Of a DNA stretch of 64,000 bases, positions 56,534-64,000 are shown in pieces. The notes under the pieces are model-generated. The model saw nothing but the letters and a program-made list of their open reading frames with translations. It was not told the DNA's origin and ran no database searches. A program made the translations under genes and the position numbers. Positions within the stretch are counted from its first letter, which is position 1. Each line of letters starts with the position of its first letter. Source of the DNA: Auanema rhodensis (taxonomy: Eukaryota; Animalia; Nematoda); the NCBI GenBank assembly GCA_964057225.1, contig OZ059896.1, positions 7,254,001 through 7,318,000 of the forward strand, in the 5' to 3' direction.

Positions 56534-56740
56534 AAGCAATGTTGACAAGAAGGAAAAGGAAATCAAAGTGGCTGTGAAATGAAAAAAAACGCTTGATATG
56601 GTTGATAAAGTATAGTTGATAGTATGATATAAGACTAATATCCATATTTCTCTATATAATTTAAAAGAAAATGAATATGTCGTTATCAACATATCAAATT
56701 AATTTGAATTGAATATACTGTACCTACAGTACTTCAGAAA
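56534..56740 (+). repeat. 207-bp inverted repeat, left arm
   Basis: Reverse complement of 61488-61694 with two substitutions seen (56581 and 56654). Confidence 0.97.
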
Positions 56741-58029
56741 ATCCACGCTTTGAAATTATGTTCCGCCATTTGGTTTAAAAAAATAAAAATAAGAAAACAT
56801 ACAAGTGCAAAAAAATACATTCAATTTAATATTTATTATGGATATTATAGGCATGTATCGTTTTTTAATGTTCTTTATTCGTCAGCTTAAAAAAAAGTTA
56901 TACTCGATAATAAAAAGTTTCAACATCAAATATAAGAAGTACTCGGAGGCGTGGGAAAAAAGCTTCATGACTAATTTTTGTACAGACTATAAATAAACGC
57001 ATTAGTTTCAGGAGATTTGAATTTTTTATCTCTTTGGTCAATCGAATTAAAAATGATAAAAAAAATAAAGTTACATATCAATGATTCAAAAAAAAGATGA
57101 AATAAAATATTAATATTGGAATTATAAGGAAGAAAAACAGGTAATTGTTCTGAACTAAAGTGTCATTTTAAAAAATTATATCTTAATTAGTGTTTGCACT
57201 TAATATCTACTATATTGTATTCCCCAATTCAGATTATCTTTAGATTAAATTTTCCCTGTGTTTCGGACAAAATATTAATTTTCATTTCAAATTGGATGGT
57301 ATTTACAGTAATCATTCGTAAAAATATCCTGAAATTTCTAAAAAATAGAAAACTTATCAAACTGTAAGGGATTAGTGAAATTTGATTATTACCTGACTAC
57401 TTGATTATTTTTTTGTTATAGTTGAACGAAAAAATATCATATAGTATTGGAGAAGATTTTTGAAATTTTCTTAGGCGTGACATTTAAACTTTGTGAATAT
57501 TTCCCACGTTTTTTTAACTTTCTATATTATTCTCAAACACATGAACAAATTTTTTTTCAAAAACTACAAATTTTCTCAGGTTATGTCTCACACCTTGATA
57601 TGCCTAAAGGAAAGTGAGACTTTTTAAAAATAATTCTTACGTGTGCGAGTTCCCACCGATAAATAAAGATTATGATATGGATCTTCATTTTTAAAATAGA
57701 AAATAAAATAGAACAATATATTGAAAAATAACTTTATAATGAAACTAATAAAATATATTTTAATAAATTATAAAGCAATGAATTTTAAAATGAATTAAAT
57801 GATCAGAAAGGGCTAAGCTAGAAGTGACCGCTTTGCCTGATGTTTAACAGCGGTGCATGGTGTTTATGTTGAAGATCTATGTCGAGTTGTGCATTTAACG
57901 GTCAATTACAAAAAAACTATCAAGATATTGATAAGTATTTAGTTTTAGTCAATTGCATAACCTTTATCGTTTTTTCATCAGTTTGTTGAATTAACTTTTG
58001 TATCGTTTCTTTTAAGGGTAACATCAAAA

Positions 58030-61000
58030 ATGGCTGATATATCCTTGCTCGGATTGTCAGAACAGAAGACTAAAGAAACTTTAAAAAATACTGCATTAGT
58101 TAAAACTTTAGCTACTATTATTGAAGCTGCTCAAGCTGAGTTGAAAGCTAAGAATATACAGATTAGTAAAACTCAGGTTTTTTTAAATTATAATATTTTT
58201 AACTAGTATTTCTGTTACAGGGAACTCTTCTATATCAGCTTGGAACTAAGATTAAGCCACAAATTCACCAACATGCCGCAGTTGTTGCAAAATATATTGT
58301 CAATGATGGAATAAAATCTGAACTTCAGGTTATTGTTTTCAATGTATCTCTGTTAAAAATAGTGTTTTGCAGATTACGGCAGTCATCGAATACTTGTTAG
58401 CTAATACTGTTAATGAACTAGATATCAAGGGTTTAGAAGCTGCTGGTGGTATTGGAGTTGTTGTTACTCCTGATCAAATTGAAGATGCTGTAAGTCAAAT
58501 GAAATTTACTTTTGGTTAATAACTCATTCTTAGGTCACAGCTGTATTCAAAAAATATCGCGATCAATTGATTGCTGAGCGGTACTCTTTCAACGTCGGAA
58601 AAGTTTTAGGAGAAATTCGTGCTCTTCTTCCATGGGCTGATGGAGCTTATGTGAAGAAAGAAGTTGATCTTCGATTACTTGAACTTCTAGGTGCTAAAAC
58701 TGCCGAAGATTTAGCGCCTAAGAAGAAGGTTGGTCATTTTGGTTTTAAATTGATTACATCAATTTTGTATTTTTAGGTGAAAAAAGAAGAGAAGCCAAAG
58801 GAGAAGAAAAAAACAACGACAACAGAAGCAGCTGAAGAGCCACAAGGAGCAGCTACTATTGAGGAACTTATGCGCACCAGAGCTAATTTCCATAAAGTAA
58901 GCCATCAGCTTAATATATATTCACTGTTTTCTTTATACAGGTTGGAGAGAATTTCACATCTGATGGATATGTCACAACACCTTTGACCAAGGAGCTTATT
59001 CGTAAGCATTTAGAAGCTACTGGTGGCAAAGTAAATTTATTTTTCATGTTTGAATTTTGTTCATAAATGATATTAAGGTAGTCACGCGGTTCCCACCTGA
59101 GCCCAATGGTGTTCTCCATATTGGTCATGCTAAGGCTATTAACATTAACTTTGGATATGCTAAGGTTTCAAATTACTTATATATTTCTGAAAATGTGCAT
59201 AATATAGGCTCACAATGGTATTTGTAATCTTCGTTTCGATGATACCAATCCTGAAAAGGAGGAAGAGAAATTCTTTACTGCTATTGAAGATGTTGTTAGA
59301 TGGCTAGGTTTGTATTTGATTTAGCCAAAAAAAATTGATTGATATATTCAGGATATTCTCCTGCCAAGATCACCCACTCTTCTGATAATTTTGACCAGCT
59401 TTATAAGGTTAAACTATTTTTTGTTTTTATTTTTTATTGCTTGTTGTTTTAGTGGGCTATTGTTTTAATTAAGAAGGGGTTAGCTTATGTATGTCATCAA
59501 AAAGTAGAGGAAATGCGTGGATTTGATGTCCAGCTTTCTCCATGGAGAGAGAGACCAATTGAGGAATCTCTGCAACTCTTCGAGGTATTTGAAATTTAAG
59601 TTTTCTTTTTATTTGTTTCTTTGAGGATATGAAAAATGGTAAATTTGACGAAGGGGAAGCTACTCTTCGTTTGAAGTTAACTTTGGAGGAAGGAAAAGTT
59701 GACCCTGTAGCCTACAGAATTAAATATGTTGCTCACCATAGATCTGGTGATAAATGGTAAACTTTCTTAATATTTCTTTTTATTATTGTTTTAAATATCA
59801 GGTGTATTTACCCTACCTATGATTACACTCATTGTCTTTGTGATTCCATTGAAAACATCACTCATTCTCTTTGCACCAAAGAATTCCAATCCAGGTCTAG
59901 TTCATGTTTTCTTATATTAGGCATAGTTTTAATATTTTCAGAAGAAGTAGTTATTATTGGTTATGTAATGCTTTGGATATTTATTGCCCAGTTCAATGGG
60001 AATATGGTCGCCTCAATGTTAATTACACTGTTGTTTCAAAGAGAAAGATCTTAAAACTTATCACATCGAAGATTGTCAAGTAGTTTACCTTCAGCTATAC
60101 GATTATTATATATATTTTTTAGTGATTGGGATGACCCAAGACTTTTCACTCTTACTGCTCTTCGTAGACGCGGTATCCCTGCTGAAGCTATCAATATCTT
60201 CGTAGCTAAGTTGGGATTAACCATGAGTCAAATGGCCATTGATCCTCAACTACTTGATGCTACTGTACGTGATTATCTCAATACCACTGCTCCAAGGTTC
60301 GAAGTAACTACTGTTCTTATTCTGCAATTTTTGATTTTAGAACAATGGTAGTGTTGGATGGTTTGAAGGTAGTTATTGAAAATTACGACGATTTGAAATT
60401 GCCCAGCACTGTATCTGTTCCTGATTTCCCATCTACTCCAGGAACTTCTGCCAATCATGAAGTTGCATTTGATCGCGTTATATACATTGAAAAATCCGAT
60501 TACCGCCAGGTACTTAAAAGCATTTTATTACCTCATAATTTTTATATTTCAAGAATAACGAAGAAAAGAGCTTCCGACGCCTTACCAAATCTCAGCCTGT
60601 TGGGTTGAAGCATATAGGAATTCTGTTGACTGTTACTAAGGAAGAAATAGTGCGATAATATATTTCATAATGCAATAGTTTATTCTCTACTTGTTCAGGA
60701 TGCTTCCGGAAATATCAAGGAATTAATAGTCAAGGCTGTTCCTTTGTCTGACGATAATAAACCAAAAGCTTTCATTCATTGGGTTGCAAAGCCAAAAACT
60801 GCTGAAGTTAGAATATACGACCAACTGTATGTTTATTATCTTCAATTCAATTTACTAATATATTGTTGTAGATTCAAGCATAAAAATCCTGAAGATGCTA
60901 CTGTGGTTCCTGGTGGATTCCTAACTGATATCAATGAGGTTAAATGTATAAAACATGAGTCAAATTAATACTTTATGTTTTAGAATTCATTGACAGTCAA

Positions 61001-61207
61001 CTACAATGCACTTATTGATAAGTCTGTTGCAAACTCCAAGATTTATGATAGATTCCAGTTCGAGAGAATCGGATACTTCAGTGTTGATACTGATGCCACC
61101 CCTGGAAAGGTTTTTAAAATCTCATATAAGCGTTAAACAATTTACTTTTTTTTCAGCTTGTCTTCAACAGAACCGTTGGGTTAAAGGAAGATTCTGGGAA
61201 AAACTAA
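58030..61207 (+). CDS. qars-1: Glutaminyl-tRNA synthetase (class I, eukaryotic type with N-terminal domain), 774 aa, 20 exons
   Basis: Exons 58030-58176, 58221-58328, 58373-58489, 58534-58728, 58777-58896, 58941-59030, 59078-59164, 59208-59307, 59352-59407, 59453-59584, 59626-59756, 59802-59894, 59942-60079, 60123-60296, 60341-60509, 60554-60649, 60699-60826, 60872-60938, 60984-61109, 61157-61207 (2325 nt). Motifs: [84 protein letters not shown]. Likely trans-splice acceptor TTTTAAG ends at 58016. Confidence 0.97.
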
Positions 61208-61487
61208 GAATTAGGTTACCAGTAATTATTCGGTGATGTCATGATAAACAACTTGTTTTTTTTTTGTTGTTTCATAGCATATCTTTCAGATTGTTATTTT
61301 GGGAAATTGTTTTAATATGGGCTTATATTGCATCTTAATAAATATTGTTTTAAAGAATCAATCGTTATTATTTTTTATCATTATTTATTATTTTTCTTAA
61401 AAATTGCAAAGTTCATTGTATTTATAGAAAAATAATAGAAATTAATAGAAAGTTTTCATACAAATCTTTGCATTAAAAAATTAAAAC

Positions 61488-61694
61488 TTTCTGAAGTACT
61501 GTAGGTACAGTATATTCAATTCAAATTAATTTGATATGTTGATAACGACATATTCATTTTCTTTTAAATTATAAAGAGAAATATGGATATTAGTCTTATA
61601 TCATACTATCAACTATACTTTATCAACCATATCAAGCGTTTTTTTTTATTTCACAGCCACTTTGATTTCCTTTTCCTTCTTGTCAACATTGCTT
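61488..61694 (-). repeat. 207-bp inverted repeat, right arm
   Basis: Reverse complement of 56534-56740; begins about 280 nt after the GlnRS stop codon. Confidence 0.97.
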
Positions 61695-61852
61695 AAAAAC
61701 ATATTAACTAAAGAGAAATACTTTAGTTGCTTAATGGAAGGAACAATGGTTTTAGATTTATTGATAAGACGATGAAAACTTATGAATTAAATAAAGCCGG
61801 TTTATCTCCGGTGTATCCAGAAGGTGTTGTAATGGATGATGGTATTCGCATA
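61695..61852 (+). mobile_element. Maverick/Polinton remnant: C-terminal fragment of protein-primed family B DNA polymerase (frameshifted)
   Basis: KNILTKEKYFSCL, then a frame change near 61733, then NGRNNGFRFIDKTMKTYELNKAGLSPVYPEGVVMDDGIRI. This resembles the N-GFR...TY...K-GLS--Y-K--V-DDGI tail of Polinton pPolB as I recall it. Intronless. Confidence 0.65.
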
Positions 61853-61993
61853 TTCTTGCAGTTCTAATGGAGGATCAAGTCCAAAAGAATCAAAATAATG
61901 TATTTTATCTTTTATATTGGAACAACAAACCCAATGAGTTTTTTTATTATTTGAAGAATCTAAATTTACAATTCCTTCTTCTCTTGCACTTTT
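61850..61993 (-). mobile_element. Maverick/Polinton remnant: adenain-like cysteine protease fragment
   Basis: KSAREEGIVNLDSSNNKKTHWVCCSNIKDKIHYFDSFGLDPPLELQEY matches the GIVNLD-S---GTHW...YFDSFG--PP-E signature, including the catalytic His and Asp. The N-terminus and the Gln/Cys half are missing. Confidence 0.8.
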
Positions 61994-63069
61994 TAGTGCT
62001 TCGAAAATTCACTTATTTTTCACTTTTTTTCAAAAAAGTGTTGTAAATGCGGTAATTCTCTGATTTCAGAGAATGAAAATGTGTCTAAAACGGTTGAAAT
62101 GTCGAAATGGTATTATAAACCCTCGTATATATACTACTAATTATTTTTCAAAAGCAATTACAATATCCATCTGCTATTTCTGAAATTGATTCCCAGGTGA
62201 GAATCAAGAAAACAGCTTTGTGCTTCATTGATAATATCAAACATCTGCCATTTGGGAAAATTATCAAACAGATTTTTTTAAAGTAACAATTATTGTCAAC
62301 TTATATATATTTTGATGGGAAATATATCATTATATATTATTAACATACGGAAGTTTTCAGATATACTTATATTCCATTTCTCCATCAAATAAGAAAAATA
62401 TTTTTGCGAATAACAATAAAGCTCCTGTTTTATAGTTCACTTCCTTTAAAGTATAGTTTTTATAAATATAATTATCTTTTAATTTCATAAACATAAATAA
62501 ATCTTGTTTTAAAATTTAATTAATTTTGTTGCAGATAAGTTTACATACATACTTACATAAATAGATTACAAAATCCTAGGAAACATAAGACATGAAAATT
62601 AAAATACAGCACTACTGTACACATCTTTGGTATTTGCTTTATATTAAGGAAGATTATTGAAAATAAATATAAAGATGATGACTAGCATAACGTTTTAAAT
62701 TAAAACTCGTTTAAAGCTTGAATAATATGAAAGTGCTCATGCGACTGATCTGAGACCATGACAAAAAATAGAAAAAGAAGAAGAATATCACCCGTTTCTT
62801 GTATTCTCCAAAAAAGAGACGGATTTTTGAAATTATTTTCTTCAAATAATTGGTACATAATGAAAATGTAACGAATTGTTGATCTTCATGTACATAAATA
62901 AATAAATATGAACATTGAAGAGATGAGTTTTTAAAAAATATATATATAACTGCTACTTCAATATATGGCAACTGAGTAATATGCTCATGAGGGAGAAAGA
63001 AGTGAGAATGCATTTTTGACTAGAATAACAATGATTTTGATCATAAAAGTGTTAATTATGAGATGTTAA

Positions 63070-63731
63070 TTATTTGAAAGAAGGACGATTTGTTGAAAAA
63101 TGTGGTCGATGAATAATTCTACGACCTGAAACTAATGGTCTTCGACGAATAGTTAGTTGATCTCGTAAACTTCTTGGAATTGGTAATATATTTATATCCA
63201 ATTGTTTATATGAAGCTACCTGAAATTATTTAAAATTTAGAATAAAATCTTTAAACAACTTGATGAATACCTTAGATAAACATGCGTTCAAAAGTGATTT
63301 AGGATGCATCAAGGAAGCTCGAGAAGCAAGTTCATATTGAGACTGTTGAGCAGTGCTAAAAAGAAAATTATAAACATATCTTATTACTTCATTATGAAAA
63401 AATAATATTTGAAGATGAAGCTCACCTAGAAACCATAGGATATAATGTTTGAGATAAATCAATATCTGTAAATGGTGTTCCAACATATATTCCATTGATA
63501 AAATAGCTTAAACTACGAGTTGGTCCATCAAATAACATTCCAATAACAACACTGAAATATAAGAATTTGAAATAAAAATAAAATAAAAAACAAATCTTAC
63601 TTTTTGGAGTTGCTGAGTGATCGACAAAATGGAAAACTGACTCCTCCATGAAAAGCATATCCATGGTGGTTAATAGCATACGAATTCTTGTCTTCTCCCA
63701 AAATATCAGCAAAAGCTGATGGTAAATATGT
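63070..63731 (-). CDS. SPRY-domain SOCS-box protein (SPSB3-like), last four exons; 5' part lies outside the window
   Basis: Exons 63731-63601, 63551-63426, 63355-63271, 63219-63070. SPRY motifs FADILGEDKNSYAINHHG, VIGMLFDG--RSLSYFING, LYPMVSSTA. SOCS box PKSLLNACLSKV...LPIPRSLRDQL. Confidence 0.85.
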
Positions 63732-64000
63732 CTGTAAAAAGAAAAATATAATATAATACAATATAATATATATATTAAGACGTTATTTTGTTCCTAGACA
63801 ATGATTTTTGATCGAAACAAATAGGAAAATATGCTGTTTCGTCGTTTATTTTTTTAAACAAAAAATTCATTATACGAAAAATGGATTGAAATTTGGGAAG
63901 AAAAACATATAGCATGAAATTATATCGGGATATAGAATATAAAATCGGCTTTTACCGGAATTTTCTTGTTTTTTTCCCAGCTATTTTCTAAAAGATTTTT

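Noticed and set aside
20122-57476. Isolated TTAGGC hexamers (about 20122, 28012, 33301, 44979, 57471) as telomere-addition or DNA-elimination marks
   Set aside because: Single copies only; no arrays and no shared flanking motif that I could define.
57585-57625. GTCTCAC...GTGAGAC stem followed by TTTTT (Pol III-like small RNA)
   Set aside because: Only about 36 nt, with no A/B boxes, PSE or sbRNA/Y-RNA motifs recognised.
62711-63013. 100-aa minus-strand ORF downstream of the SPRY/SOCS gene
   Set aside because: It lies in the expected U-rich 3' UTR and has low-complexity hydrophobic composition.
1-64000. tRNA, rRNA, snRNA, SL RNA genes, piRNA clusters, CRISPR arrays
   Set aside because: No cloverleaf or T-loop context, no SL leader sequence and no periodic repeat-spacer structure seen by eye. 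A tRNAscan/Infernal run would be needed to exclude divergent ncRNAs.

Overview
AT-rich eukaryotic DNA that looks like a rhabditid nematode (GT-AG introns mostly 41-49 nt, TTTCAG-type acceptors). Four spliced protein-coding genes can be rebuilt by hand. These are a CK1/TTBK-like kinase (minus strand, runs off the left edge), a Pim-family kinase (43713-48851, +), a complete 20-exon glutaminyl-tRNA synthetase (58030-61207, +), and the 3' part of an SPSB3-like SPRY/SOCS-box gene (minus strand, runs off the right edge). About 40 kb (1.4-42 kb) has no recognisable conserved gene. It is rich in (CT)n/(TA)n microsatellites and CACGTG E-boxes and holds a few candidate orphan exons. The most unusual structure is at 56.5-62 kb. 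The whole GlnRS gene sits between two near-identical 207-bp inverted repeats. The right arm abuts a degraded Maverick/Polinton remnant: a protein-primed DNA polymerase C-terminus joined tail-to-tail to an adenain-like protease fragment. A 391-bp apparently exact direct duplication lies just upstream. No tRNA, rRNA, SL RNA, CRISPR or telomere arrays were seen. All family assignments are by motif recognition from memory, not by database search.
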